Below, piece by piece: positions 47,922-57,922 of a DNA stretch of 64,000 nucleotides (positions are counted from its first letter, which is position 1; every line of letters starts with the position of its first letter). The stretch spans positions 4,800,001 to 4,864,000 of the forward strand of contig OY776510.1 of NCBI GenBank assembly GCA_963675665.1, given 5' to 3'. The translations under genes were made by a program, and so were the position numbers. Below the pieces are notes generated by a model. That model was given only the letters and a program-made list of their open reading frames with translations, did no database searches and was not told the DNA's origin. The stretch is from Spirochaetia bacterium (GTDB taxonomy: Bacteria; Spirochaetota; Spirochaetia; UBA9216).

Positions 47922-48749
47922 TTAAACTTCCATTCCGTATCGATGTATCTTGTGCGTCGGATAAAGCGATACTGTAGGTATTGTAACATCAGGCGTTCGT
48001 GTTGCAACATAAAGGGTAATATCAGCTACATTTTCTACATCTATACAGCTTGAGTGAATTCCCTCTTTCAATTCCTTTTCGTCAAGCCATCCGTCGATAT
48101 AAGCCTCAACATCCTTTCCGTCTTTTCCCATCTTGTAAAAACCTTTATCAATTATCTCCGTCATCGGCGTCTTGACATGGGAAGGATTAATAACCGTCAC
48201 TCCGATTTTTTTATCTTTTCCTTCCAGCAGAATATTTTTACTCAAGCCAAGCATTCCATGTTTTGAAGCTCGGTACGGACTGTGTCCCGGACAGGATGCA
48301 ACTTTCGTAGACGACGAACCCATATTCATTATTCTTCCGCCGCTTTCCTGTTTTTCCATTATTCTGAAAGCTTCCCTGCAGCACAGAAACACACCTGTCA
48401 GATTGGGTCCGAGCGTTTTATTCCAGTCTTCAAGCGTTGTCTGGCTGATGGGCGGAGACAACGAATCTCTCCCGGCACTGTTAACCAGCAAATCAAGTTT
48501 CCCGTATTTTTCTATCGCTTTATGAAAAAAGGCTTCTACTTCACTTTCGCTGCAGACATCAGCTGTTATGCTGAAACAATCAGCTCCTGTTGCGGAAATT
48601 TCAGCAGTAACCCTGGCAAGATTATCTTCATCAATATCCACCAGTAGTAATTTTGCACCGTGTTCAGCAAATTTTACAGCTACAGCTTCGCCTATACCCG
48701 AGGCTGCCCCTGTAATAATGCCTACCTTGCCTTCTAATTGCTTATCCAT
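47922..48749 (-). CDS. SDR family oxidoreductase
   Basis: [17 protein letters not shown]. Confidence 0.88.
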   Translation of the reverse strand: MDKQLEGKVGIITGAASGIGEAVAVKFAEHGAKLLLVDIDEDNLARVTAEISATGADCFSITADVCSESEVEAFFHKAIEKYGKLDLLVNSAGRDSLSPPISQTTLEDWNKTLGPNLTGVFLCCREAFRIMEKQESGGRIMNMGSSSTKVASCPGHSPYRASKHGMLGLSKNILLEGKDKKIGVTVINPSHVKTPMTEIIDKGFYKMGKDGKDVEAYIDGWLDEKELKEGIHSSCIDVENVADITLYVATRTPDVTIPTVSLYPTHKIHRYGMEV

Positions 48750-48778
48750 ATCATCCTCGCATATCTTATTGTGTCATG

Positions 48779-48807
48779 ATTATATAGAATTTAATTTTAT
48801 TTGTCAA
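48779..48807 (-). promoter_or_regulatory. Consensus sigma70 promoter of the SDR-kinase operon
   Basis: Minus strand TTGACA-N17-TATAAT. Confidence 0.75.
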
Positions 48808-48880
48808 TATTAAAATAATATTTTATTTTATTTTATTGACGTAATTTTCAGTTCATTGTATTAATATAGTGAGGTTAAAA

Positions 48881-49780
48881 ATGAAATCAAGTGTACTGGG
48901 AAAGATAAGCCGCGAACTTCCATATATGAATCCGGCTCTGTATAAAATCGGAAACTACATTCTGAAAAATCCTGATATAGTTAAAAGTAAAACCATAAAG
49001 GATCTCGCAATTGACTGTGAGGTTGCAGAATCCACAATTACACGTTTTGTAAAGGAAATCGGTTTTACAAACTACCGCGAGCTTAAATATGCCCTGGTTG
49101 AAAATCTTATTATCAAGGAACAGATCGCAGACAACACCGAAAATAAATTTGAATATGTGTATGAAAACATAACCGCAGATGATAATTACGATGAAATAAT
49201 CAGAAAAATTACCAATAAAAACATCAACACTCTGAGCCAAACCCAGGAAATGATTCATACGGATAAAATTGAGCAGGCTGTCGGGATGATTGAAAAGGCT
49301 GAAACACTGATTTTCTCCTGCATGGGATCTTCAGTAATTGCAGCCCAGGAAGCTCAAATGAGATTCACCCGCGCCGGGAAGCAAACCATTCTCAACAGGG
49401 ACGAGAGCATTCAGCTTATGAATGCATCAATCAGCAATGAAACAAACCTGCTAATCGGACTCAGCAATTCCGGAAAGACAAAGGTTGTTATTGACTCCCT
49501 CCGAATAGCGAAACAGAATAACACCCCTACTATTGCCATCACTTCCTTTGAAAATTCTCCTATCTGCAGCCATGCTGATCTTGTTCTTTTCACGTCAACC
49601 AAAACTGCAGAAGTGCCGACAGCTTTCGACTGGGAATCCACTACCTCAAAATTCTCCCAGATCCTCTTAATCGATATTCTTTATGCATGTTATGCAATCA
49701 GGAATTTCGAAACGACAAAAATGAATATGGATAAAAGCTACAAAGCGCTTATCAATACCAGAAAATCTCCGCTTCTGTAA
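48881..49780 (+). CDS. RpiR/MurR family transcriptional regulator
   Basis: TI.DLA..C.VAESTITRF..IGF..Y.ELK HTH; SIS domain G.S, SNSG.T, IAIT; ATG 48881 behind GAGG. Confidence 0.92.
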   Translation: MKSSVLGKISRELPYMNPALYKIGNYILKNPDIVKSKTIKDLAIDCEVAESTITRFVKEIGFTNYRELKYALVENLIIKEQIADNTENKFEYVYENITADDNYDEIIRKITNKNINTLSQTQEMIHTDKIEQAVGMIEKAETLIFSCMGSSVIAAQEAQMRFTRAGKQTILNRDESIQLMNASISNETNLLIGLSNSGKTKVVIDSLRIAKQNNTPTIAITSFENSPICSHADLVLFTSTKTAEVPTAFDWESTTSKFSQILLIDILYACYAIRNFETTKMNMDKSYKALINTRKSPLL

Positions 49781-49831
49781 TATCCCTGGTATACAAAAGC
49801 GTTTTAAAACCACAGGTCTAACCCTTTGGTT

Positions 49832-50848
49832 TTAAATCTTTCCAAGGGCCTTCTGTTTGCGGAGGATTAAATATCCATCAACGCTGACTACAAGCATCAG
49901 GATTGCCCCGACAACAACATACTGCCAGGTTGATTTAATCTCAAAAAGATTGAACATGTTAATGATCAGAGACATACAAACTACTCCGCCGAGAGTGCCT
50001 GCCGCCGAGCCTCTTCCTCCCGTCAGACTGGCCCCTCCGAGAATACAGCTTATTATTGCTGTTACATTAACACCTTCTCCCAAATACCTGTTTGCCTGCT
50101 CAAACCTTGCAACCGAGAGAATTCCGGACAGGGCACAGAGAACACCTGTAAATATATAAGTCAACATTAAAATTCTGTCCGTATTAAACCCCATAAGGTC
50201 GGCAGCCTCTCTGTTATCTCCCGTAAGATACAGTTTTCTGCCTGCAGGCGAGTAACGAAGAAAAAGCGTTATCCCTACAGCCAGAACAACCATAACAAGA
50301 AACATATAATATACGCCGAAAACTCTCCCGCCCAACCACACAAAGGATTGTGGAAGCTCAACTGCAGTCTGATACTCAGCCTGGCCCTTATGGCTTCCGG
50401 CAAAAACGACCATAGCTATACCCTGAGCTATTCCCATAGTGCCTATAGTTGCTATTAGCGGATTAATTTTCAGAACAGCCACCAAAAATCCGTTAACTGT
50501 GCCGACAACTGCTCCGACAAGAAGCCCGGCCAGTATGACAACGCCTACAGGCAGCTCAAATTTAAACAGCCATGAAGTTATTATTCCGCTGAGGACCATA
50601 ATTGCTCCTACCGATAAATCAAATACGCCGCAGATGAGAAGAAGAACCATCCCGAATGCAACAATAGCTACGGGAGCGATACTTGTCTGAAGAGAAAAAA
50701 GATTATCCATGTTCCAGAAAAAATCACTTCCGACAGATAAAATAATCACCAGCAAAGCACAGAATAAAATTGTAATGGCACCGTTCTTTTCCAGCAATTT
50801 CCTTAATCCGGAAATTTTATTACTACCGTTAAAAATTATAAAATTCAT
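49832..50848 (-). CDS. Sugar ABC transporter permease
   Basis: FDLSVG, PLIATIG, GGASLTGGRG. Confidence 0.9.
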   Translation of the reverse strand: MNFIIFNGSNKISGLRKLLEKNGAITILFCALLVIILSVGSDFFWNMDNLFSLQTSIAPVAIVAFGMVLLLICGVFDLSVGAIMVLSGIITSWLFKFELPVGVVILAGLLVGAVVGTVNGFLVAVLKINPLIATIGTMGIAQGIAMVVFAGSHKGQAEYQTAVELPQSFVWLGGRVFGVYYMFLVMVVLAVGITLFLRYSPAGRKLYLTGDNREAADLMGFNTDRILMLTYIFTGVLCALSGILSVARFEQANRYLGEGVNVTAIISCILGGASLTGGRGSAAGTLGGVVCMSLIINMFNLFEIKSTWQYVVVGAILMLVVSVDGYLILRKQKALGKI

Positions 50849-50852
50849 ATTG

Positions 50853-51824
50853 TTACACCTTTCCCCGATTCAGTCTGGCATCAACAAATACTGCGGCAAT
50901 GAGAATAACTCCGAGCAGGACCTGCTGATAATAAGGATCGACTCCGTAAATAATCATTCCGTTCTGGACTATTGAAAGCAGCAGCAATCCCAGAGCTGAT
51001 CGCAGAATACTCCCCCGGCCGCCGTTAAGGCTGGCACCGCCTATAACAGCTGCAGTTACCATGGTAAATTCAAGATTTAACCCGGTTGTAGGATAAGCAT
51101 GGGTTATTCTGGAAGTTGCAAGAATTCCACCGATTCCGGCCGAAGCCGCAGAGACAGCAAAAATGATTGCTTTTATCTTTTTCGTTTTTATCCCGTAGAT
51201 TCTGGCAGTATCCTGATTATATCCAATGTAGAAAAACTGCCTGAATATTGACGACCTGTAGAGCAGGATCTCCAATACTATTACCAGCAAAACAAAAATA
51301 ATTACAGTCCAGTGGATCTCACCAATCCTGAATTTAATAAGCTTCCTGTAAGCGGTTGGAAATATTTGCGCTCCAAGTACTGATGTCAGGATGGAAGTTA
51401 AACCCCGCAGGACGCTCATCATTCCGATTGTGATTATCATTGACAACACCCTGAACCTGACGACAAGAAACCCGTTAATAAGTCCGATAAATGCCATAAC
51501 AGCTACAGCCAGCAGAAAACTGATAAAAAACGGGATACCGAAAACACTCACGAAAATTCCCAGAAGTGCACCGGCAAAACCATAGGCGGAACCTACAGAC
51601 ATATCGATTTCGCCCATTATAATCAGGTAGGTAAAACCAATCAGAGCAAAAAACTGGATAGATACTCCGAAAAGAATTGAATATATATTGTTATAGCTGA
51701 AAAATGTATCGGTTGTTAAACTCAAAATTATTACCAGGGCAACAATTAAAATAACAATCGTATAATTACTGATATTCGGTAATCTGTATTTTAAGGATCC
51801 TGTTCTTGGTATATCCTGATTCAT
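50853..51824 (-). CDS. Sugar ABC transporter permease
   Basis: EIDMSVGS, GGASLNGGRG; ATG 51824 behind GAGGAG. Confidence 0.9.
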   Translation of the reverse strand: MNQDIPRTGSLKYRLPNISNYTIVILIVALVIILSLTTDTFFSYNNIYSILFGVSIQFFALIGFTYLIIMGEIDMSVGSAYGFAGALLGIFVSVFGIPFFISFLLAVAVMAFIGLINGFLVVRFRVLSMIITIGMMSVLRGLTSILTSVLGAQIFPTAYRKLIKFRIGEIHWTVIIFVLLVIVLEILLYRSSIFRQFFYIGYNQDTARIYGIKTKKIKAIIFAVSAASAGIGGILATSRITHAYPTTGLNLEFTMVTAAVIGGASLNGGRGSILRSALGLLLLSIVQNGMIIYGVDPYYQQVLLGVILIAAVFVDARLNRGKV

Positions 51825-51837
51825 TACTTTATACTCC

Positions 51838-53358
51838 TCACACCACATCTCCGCCGCCTGCTGCATAAGTCATTATTGTGCTCTCATCAATATCTTTACC
51901 GACAACTTCCCCGGATATTCTGTTGTTCTTCATAACTACAATACGATCAGACAAACTGATTAGCTCAGGAAGCTCCGAACTGAATATAATAATTCCTACG
52001 CCCTTTTTTACAGTTTCCAGAAGCAGTTTATGTATTTCCGCCTTTGCTCCAACATCAATACCCCTGGTAGGTTCATTGACGATGAGTAAATCAGGTTCGG
52101 CAGCCAGACAGATACTTAACATAACCTTCTGCTGATTGCCCCCGCTTAAATTCCTCGGATGGGTTTTTGCCGACGGGATTACAATAGACAGGTGCTTTAT
52201 GAACTTCCTGCTGATTTCCTTGAGTTTTCTGAAATCAATAAAAGAAAAAAAGGATATCTTCTTAAATACAGCTAATCCGATATTGTCTGAAGCCGGCATA
52301 TCCAGAAGAAGTCCGGCAAGTTTCCGGTTGGTATTAAGATAAAGAATTTTATTCTCTATCATTCTGCTCGGCATTACTTTTTCCAATTTCGCTTTTCTGA
52401 AAAATATATCGCCGCTGTCTTTATCGCCCAATCCGTATATAATTCTGGACAGCATTACAGTGCCTGATCCCTCAAGTCCAAAAATACCGAGAATCTCTCC
52501 CTTGCTCAGGCTGAAGCTTACATCGTTCAACGCATTCTCTTTACATATGTTTTTGGCTTCAAACAAAACATTTTTTTCTACTGCCGAATAGACCTTGTTA
52601 CGATATAACGTACTGCTCAGGTCTCTTCCGACCATACTGTTGATCAGCAAATCTTCCGTCATGTTTCCATCATTCAATAAAGTGTTTATATATTCGCCGT
52701 CTCTTAAAATCGTAACACTGTCTGATATTTCAAGAATCTCCTTCAGGCGATGAGAGATATACAGAATTGTCTCTCCTTCATCGCGAAGCCTCTTCAGAAT
52801 AATCATCAGCTTGGCGGTTTCCTCATCATTCAACCCGCTTGTAGGCTCATCGAGAAGAAGAACAGAATGCCTGGCGCTTATACAACGCAATATCTCTATC
52901 ATCTGTTGAATATCCAGAGTCAGGTTTCTCATCAGCTGTTCGGGCCGGACACTTTTTAAATCAAACATATCCAGACGTTTTTGAGCTTCAAGGTTCAGTT
53001 TCTTCCAGTTAACCCCATTCAGATTTGTCCGGTATTCATTCCAGGGAAATATATTTTCAGCAACCGTCATATTCTCAAATACAGCAAGTTCCTGATGAAC
53101 CATTTGGATTCCTCTGCTTCTGGCATGAAGCGGGGAATAATATTGTATCACTTCACCATCAAGCTCTATCTGTCCGGAATCAGGCTCCTGTTCACCCATT
53201 ATTATTTTAACAAGTGTACTCTTTCCTGCTCCATTCTCTCCAAGTATTGTATGGATTTCACCTTTTTTTACAGAAAAGGAAACATCCTTCAATGCCCGTA
53301 CAGCTCCATAGCTTTTTGAAATGCCCGATATCTTTAAATAGTTTTCTTCTCTGCTCAT
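51838..53358 (-). CDS. Sugar ABC transporter ATP-binding protein
   Basis: GENGAGKST, LDEPT, LSGGNQQK, EPTRGIDVGAK. Confidence 0.92.
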   Translation of the reverse strand: MSREENYLKISGISKSYGAVRALKDVSFSVKKGEIHTILGENGAGKSTLVKIIMGEQEPDSGQIELDGEVIQYYSPLHARSRGIQMVHQELAVFENMTVAENIFPWNEYRTNLNGVNWKKLNLEAQKRLDMFDLKSVRPEQLMRNLTLDIQQMIEILRCISARHSVLLLDEPTSGLNDEETAKLMIILKRLRDEGETILYISHRLKEILEISDSVTILRDGEYINTLLNDGNMTEDLLINSMVGRDLSSTLYRNKVYSAVEKNVLFEAKNICKENALNDVSFSLSKGEILGIFGLEGSGTVMLSRIIYGLGDKDSGDIFFRKAKLEKVMPSRMIENKILYLNTNRKLAGLLLDMPASDNIGLAVFKKISFFSFIDFRKLKEISRKFIKHLSIVIPSAKTHPRNLSGGNQQKVMLSICLAAEPDLLIVNEPTRGIDVGAKAEIHKLLLETVKKGVGIIIFSSELPELISLSDRIVVMKNNRISGEVVGKDIDESTIMTYAAGGGDVV

Positions 53359-53374
53359 CCCTTCCCCGCTTTTT

Positions 53375-53412
53375 TAAAACAGCCCGAAGTTCTTACACTT
53401 CGGGCTGTTTTA
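53375..53412 (-). terminator. Stem-loop downstream of SBP gene
   Basis: TAAAACAGCCCGAAGT-N6-ACTTCGGGCTGTTTTA. Confidence 0.65.
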
Positions 53413-53428
53413 CAACTTTGACTGAGTT

Positions 53429-54478
53429 CTAGTGATACAGTTTGGTGTTATACGTGTCCATCCTGTCGTGCATAAAATGCTCAACATTGGATTTATCAAT
53501 TGTAACTGATCCGTTATACATAAGCTGCGGCATAACTTCAAAGCCTGAGGCCGCATTGTTGCCGGAAACAGGTACATCTGAAAACCCTTTGGTATTCCAG
53601 AGTTCAAGAAGACCAATTGCAAGATATGCCTGCATGGCTGTTTTATTTATAATCGTTGCTGTAACATAACCCGCATCAATATATTCGAGCGTTGCATCTT
53701 CACGGTCATGAGTGATAACAGTAAGCGAACCCGGCTCGATTCCAAGTTCTTCCATCGCCGCGCCTATACCAGGAGCAGAAGACGAGTCAAGTCCTACATA
53801 ACCCTGCAAATCCTTGAAGTTATTGAATGCCGATTTTGCACCGTCTATTGAAACTTCAGTATTTGCTTTGTCATCAACTCTTGTCACGACCTTCCAGCTG
53901 GAATTCTCAGTCAGATAATCCATAAAACCTGCAAGCTTCGCTTCAGTATTGGATGCGCCCCAGTTGCCCTGCACAACAAGATTTCCGGCAGTTCCGGCCC
54001 GTGCAATTAATTCTATTGCGGTATCTACGCCGCACTGATAATTATCCAGACCGACAAACGCATTTACCCCAGAATCCGGCACAATTGCTTCTATTGCTAT
54101 TACCGGTATTCCCTGGGCCCTGGCCGTTTTTATCGCCGGAACCATTGAAGGGTCCCAAAGACAGCACACTATCCCGTCGGGCTTTTTTGCGATTACCTGT
54201 TCAAAAGCCTGTGCTGCAGCTGCAGTGTCCCAGCCGTCCGGACCCATTTTAATAATTTCCACACCGAACTGCTCGGCTGCATACTTAAATCCGAGATGCT
54301 GGTCATAGATATAAGGATGCCCCATAAGCGGAGCAACATAATAGTAAACCCGCTGCTCTTCTGTTGCCGCGGGAGCAGCAACTTCCTGTTGAACTGTTGC
54401 CGTCTCTTTTCCGCATCCGGAAAAAACAGCAAGAACAGACATAACAATCATTAATACCACGATGCCTTTCTTCATCAT
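53429..54478 (-). CDS. Sugar ABC substrate-binding lipoprotein
   Basis: Lipobox FSGC; HPY, KPDGI, VG.DNY; ATG behind GGAGG. Confidence 0.88.
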   Translation of the reverse strand: MMKKGIVVLMIVMSVLAVFSGCGKETATVQQEVAAPAATEEQRVYYYVAPLMGHPYIYDQHLGFKYAAEQFGVEIIKMGPDGWDTAAAAQAFEQVIAKKPDGIVCCLWDPSMVPAIKTARAQGIPVIAIEAIVPDSGVNAFVGLDNYQCGVDTAIELIARAGTAGNLVVQGNWGASNTEAKLAGFMDYLTENSSWKVVTRVDDKANTEVSIDGAKSAFNNFKDLQGYVGLDSSSAPGIGAAMEELGIEPGSLTVITHDREDATLEYIDAGYVTATIINKTAMQAYLAIGLLELWNTKGFSDVPVSGNNAASGFEVMPQLMYNGSVTIDKSNVEHFMHDRMDTYNTKLYH

Positions 54479-54620
54479 ACAAACTCCTCCATCTTTTTCT
54501 GGAATATATTTTTTCACCGGAACCCCGGTGTTATTCCAATGAATATTAAGTCATGAAGTTTTTTGACAATTATCAGGAAAATAATTATTTACATTGTTCC
54601 GTCAAAAATACTTCAGATCG

Positions 54621-54917
54621 TCAGATATCTACTTTTTTAAGTTTGATTACCTCTATATCTTTTCGCCCCAGCTTCAAAGTGTTGTATTTATTTGAAAACT
54701 CAACCGAATGCGGTGAATTCAGATGCGTTTCAAACGCTTCTTCATTTTCATATACTTCATAAAAAATGAATGTTGACGCATCATCTTCCTTTTCATGCAT
54801 TATGAAATGAACATTTCCGGGTTCTTTCATAGTGTTTCGGCCAAGCTCAATCAACAATTTTTTCAGCTCTGCACTTTTATCTTCTTTTCCGTAAACATAC
54901 GCTATCAGATAAACCAT
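54621..54917 (-). CDS. ABM-domain protein (antibiotic biosynthesis monooxygenase/LsrG-like)
   Basis: EPGN..F, FIFYEVY..EEAF..HL.SPH; ATG 54917 behind GGAGG. Confidence 0.85.
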   Translation of the reverse strand: MVYLIAYVYGKEDKSAELKKLLIELGRNTMKEPGNVHFIMHEKEDDASTFIFYEVYENEEAFETHLNSPHSVEFSNKYNTLKLGRKDIEVIKLKKVDI

Positions 54918-55011
54918 CGTTTCCTCCAAAAAATCAGGTTATATTATTTTATTTGTCATTTAAAAATTATATTTTATTTTACATCTTCATTATCAACTGT
55001 AATTCGGAAAC

Positions 55012-55965
55012 CTAACGTGTTCCAATCAAACACTCTTTTCTTCTGAATAACGTAATTGCTTTATCCTTTATTTTTTCTGCAGTAAGACCGTATTCTTTTT
55101 TCAGATAATCAACATCTCCAACCTGCCCGAAACGATCTTCAACACCGACGCGCAACATCGGAACGGGAAAATTTTCCGCAAGAACCTCGGCTACAGCCGA
55201 ACCCAGACCATTAATAACCTGGTGGTTCTCACAAGTCACTATTGCTCCGGTCTTCTCCGCATATTTAACGATAATTTCACCGTCTATCGGTTTAATCGTA
55301 TGCATATCAATTACCGCCGCAGAGATTCCTTCTTTTTCAAGCCCGGCCGCAGCTGATAATGCTTCCGGAACCATAATCGTTCCGCTTGCTATTAAAGTCA
55401 CATCCGACCCGTCTCTTATCAATTTGCCTTTGCCCAATTCAAAGTTCTCGCCTTCGGCATACACGGCGGGACCGGACTTTCTGTTCAGCCGCATATAGCT
55501 CGATCCCTTACGGTCTTTTGCCTGGGGAATCAATTCTTTCAGCGACACTATATCGCAGGGTTCAAAGACTACCAGACCGGGAATATTCCTCATCAAACCC
55601 ACATCTTCAAACGGCATATGCGTACCGCCGTTAAGGGCGGCAAGAATACCCGGATCGGAACCCACAAGGTTAACATTCTGCTGAGCATAGTTTGCCGACA
55701 GAAAGAACTGATCATAAGCACGGCGGGCAGCAAAACAGGCAAATGTAGAGGCAAAGGGAATCTTCCCCGCAACAGATAATCCGGAAGCTATTCCTATCAT
55801 ATTGGCTTCGGCAACCCCGCAGTTAATCGTCCGTTCAGGGAAAGCCTCCTTAAAGGGGGTGGTTCCAGTTGCTCTCATCAAGTCGGCTTCCAGAAGCACA
55901 ATTCTTTTATCTTTCTCCGCAAGCTCTATCAACAACTCCGCAAACGCGGCCCTCATTTCTTTCAT
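55012..55965 (-). CDS. Transketolase, C-terminal subunit, copy 2
   Basis: Long identical stretches with 15711..16643. Confidence 0.92.
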   Translation of the reverse strand: MKEMRAAFAELLIELAEKDKRIVLLEADLMRATGTTPFKEAFPERTINCGVAEANMIGIASGLSVAGKIPFASTFACFAARRAYDQFFLSANYAQQNVNLVGSDPGILAALNGGTHMPFEDVGLMRNIPGLVVFEPCDIVSLKELIPQAKDRKGSSYMRLNRKSGPAVYAEGENFELGKGKLIRDGSDVTLIASGTIMVPEALSAAAGLEKEGISAAVIDMHTIKPIDGEIIVKYAEKTGAIVTCENHQVINGLGSAVAEVLAENFPVPMLRVGVEDRFGQVGDVDYLKKEYGLTAEKIKDKAITLFRRKECLIGTR

Positions 55966-56804
55966 TATGCATACTCCTTATCAAGCACGGCTATAGCCTG
56001 TTCCGCTGCTGTTATATCGAACTTCATATTATGACTTTCTACCTTTCCTTCTCCCGGAGCAAAACCCTTTGCCTTTACGGTATCCAGAATAATCATGGAA
56101 GGCCTGCTGGTTTCCGCTTTTGCATTCAGTATTGCCCGATCAATATCATTGAAATTATGACCGTCCACCCGCTGAACATACCAGCCGAACGACAACCATT
56201 TGGATGTGATATCGGAAATATCCATTACTTCGTACATATAACCGTCAAGTTCCATCTTGTTATAGTCGGTGAACGCTATAAGATTGCCCAATTTGAATTG
56301 GGCCGCAGACATTGCCGCTTCCCAAATCTGACCTTCATTACTTTCTCCGTCTCCAATAATTGAATATATTGTATTCCCGTACCCGCTCATCCTGTCACCA
56401 AGGGCTAACCCGACAGAACAGGAAAATCCCTGCCCCAGAGACCCTGTTGTCATATCAATACCGGGCGTCAAATTCATGTCGCAATGACTGGGAAGACGTG
56501 AGCCGCCGAGGTTCAGCGTATCAAGCCATTGTCCGGGGAAATATCCAAGGTCAGCCAGAATACTGTACAGTGCGGGACCGGCATGCCCCTTCGACAGAAC
56601 AAGCTTGTCCCTGTCCGGCTTCTTCGGATCATCCACATCAATATTCATATGACGGTAATATAACAGCGTCAGCGCATCGACTATCGACATGGCGCCTCCG
56701 ATATGCCCGACACCTATCTTTCCCATCGACATTATTGTCATCTTGCGTATCTCTTTTGCCTTGATTTTAAGTTCAGATACTTTCTCATCCGTCAGTCTTT
56801 TCAT
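55965..56804 (-). CDS. Transketolase, N-terminal subunit, copy 2
   Basis: Long identical stretches with 16643..17482; GDGE motif. Confidence 0.92.
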   Translation of the reverse strand: MKRLTDEKVSELKIKAKEIRKMTIMSMGKIGVGHIGGAMSIVDALTLLYYRHMNIDVDDPKKPDRDKLVLSKGHAGPALYSILADLGYFPGQWLDTLNLGGSRLPSHCDMNLTPGIDMTTGSLGQGFSCSVGLALGDRMSGYGNTIYSIIGDGESNEGQIWEAAMSAAQFKLGNLIAFTDYNKMELDGYMYEVMDISDITSKWLSFGWYVQRVDGHNFNDIDRAILNAKAETSRPSMIILDTVKAKGFAPGEGKVESHNMKFDITAAEQAIAVLDKEYA

Positions 56805-56889
56805 AACTTCTAACTCCAATTCAGCTTATAAGAATTCAACAATTTACCGGGGTAATTATAAAAATCAGTAATTTTTACATGAATCCCTG

Positions 56890-57912
56890 TTAACTCACTT
56901 TTATTACGGGCTTTATCAAACTGGTCTTCCCTCCGGCCAATTCTGTAAATATTGCGGGGCATTCATCGAGAAAGTGACTGCTGACAATTCCGTGTATATT
57001 CACCTTTCCTGAAGAAAGCATATTTACAGCGCAATCAAAATCAACCGGTTCATATACACGGGTTCCGACAATCGAAAGTTCGGCAAAATTTACCCTTCGC
57101 ATATCAATTGAACTTTCGCCTTTTGCAATACCGACCTGCACAACGGTTCCGCGGATTCTCGTGTTATCAACAGCAGTCTGATAGCCGGAATTGGTTCCGG
57201 ATACCTCAAAACTGATATCAGGGCCTATGCCCTTGAATTTTTTCCTGATACAGTCAGCCATATCAACACTCCCGGGTGAAACTGCGTCTATTCCGTGACT
57301 TTTAAGCAATGCCAGCCTTGCCTCGTTTATTTCCGAAACAAGAATTCTGTTCACACCGCAGTTACGGAGAATTTCCGCCATTAATATGCCTATTGGCCCC
57401 CCGCCGATTACCAGAACATTATCACCCGGTTTAAAACCGGAGATTCTGATATCGTGAACAGCAACCGCGCACGGTTCCACTATACCTCCAATTTCAGGCG
57501 CAATCCCGTCAGGAAGGCGATGCAGTTTCGAAGCTTTAACCGCAACATATTCTGCAAAACCCCCGTTTACATCAACTCCTATAAGTTTCAGGTCCTTACA
57601 GACATGCGGAAAACCGTTTAAGCACGCAAAGCATTTACCACAGGACAGCAGAGCATCGGCAGCGACAAAATCACCTGCATTAAAGCCTTTGACATTTCTG
57701 CCCCTTTCCGTGATTACTCCGCAAAATTCATGGCCCAGGGCCATTGGGGGCACAGCCCTGATTTTATCAAACAAACCTTTGTAGATAGCCAAATCAGTAC
57801 CGCACACCCCTGTAGCCACAATTTTCAGCAGTACTTCATCATCCTGCATTACCGGCATTGGAAGTTCGGCAACTTCCATCTTTTCTGCTCCGGTCCAAAC
57901 CGCTGCTTTCAT
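56890..57912 (-). CDS. Zn-dependent dehydrogenase, copy 2 (paralog of 25494..26516)
   Basis: Same 340 aa length; CGTDLAIYKG, DALLSCGKC, GTRVYEPVDF shared. Confidence 0.9.
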   Translation of the reverse strand: MKAAVWTGAEKMEVAELPMPVMQDDEVLLKIVATGVCGTDLAIYKGLFDKIRAVPPMALGHEFCGVITERGRNVKGFNAGDFVAADALLSCGKCFACLNGFPHVCKDLKLIGVDVNGGFAEYVAVKASKLHRLPDGIAPEIGGIVEPCAVAVHDIRISGFKPGDNVLVIGGGPIGILMAEILRNCGVNRILVSEINEARLALLKSHGIDAVSPGSVDMADCIRKKFKGIGPDISFEVSGTNSGYQTAVDNTRIRGTVVQVGIAKGESSIDMRRVNFAELSIVGTRVYEPVDFDCAVNMLSSGKVNIHGIVSSHFLDECPAIFTELAGGKTSLIKPVIKVS

Positions 57913-57922
57913 GATCTACACC

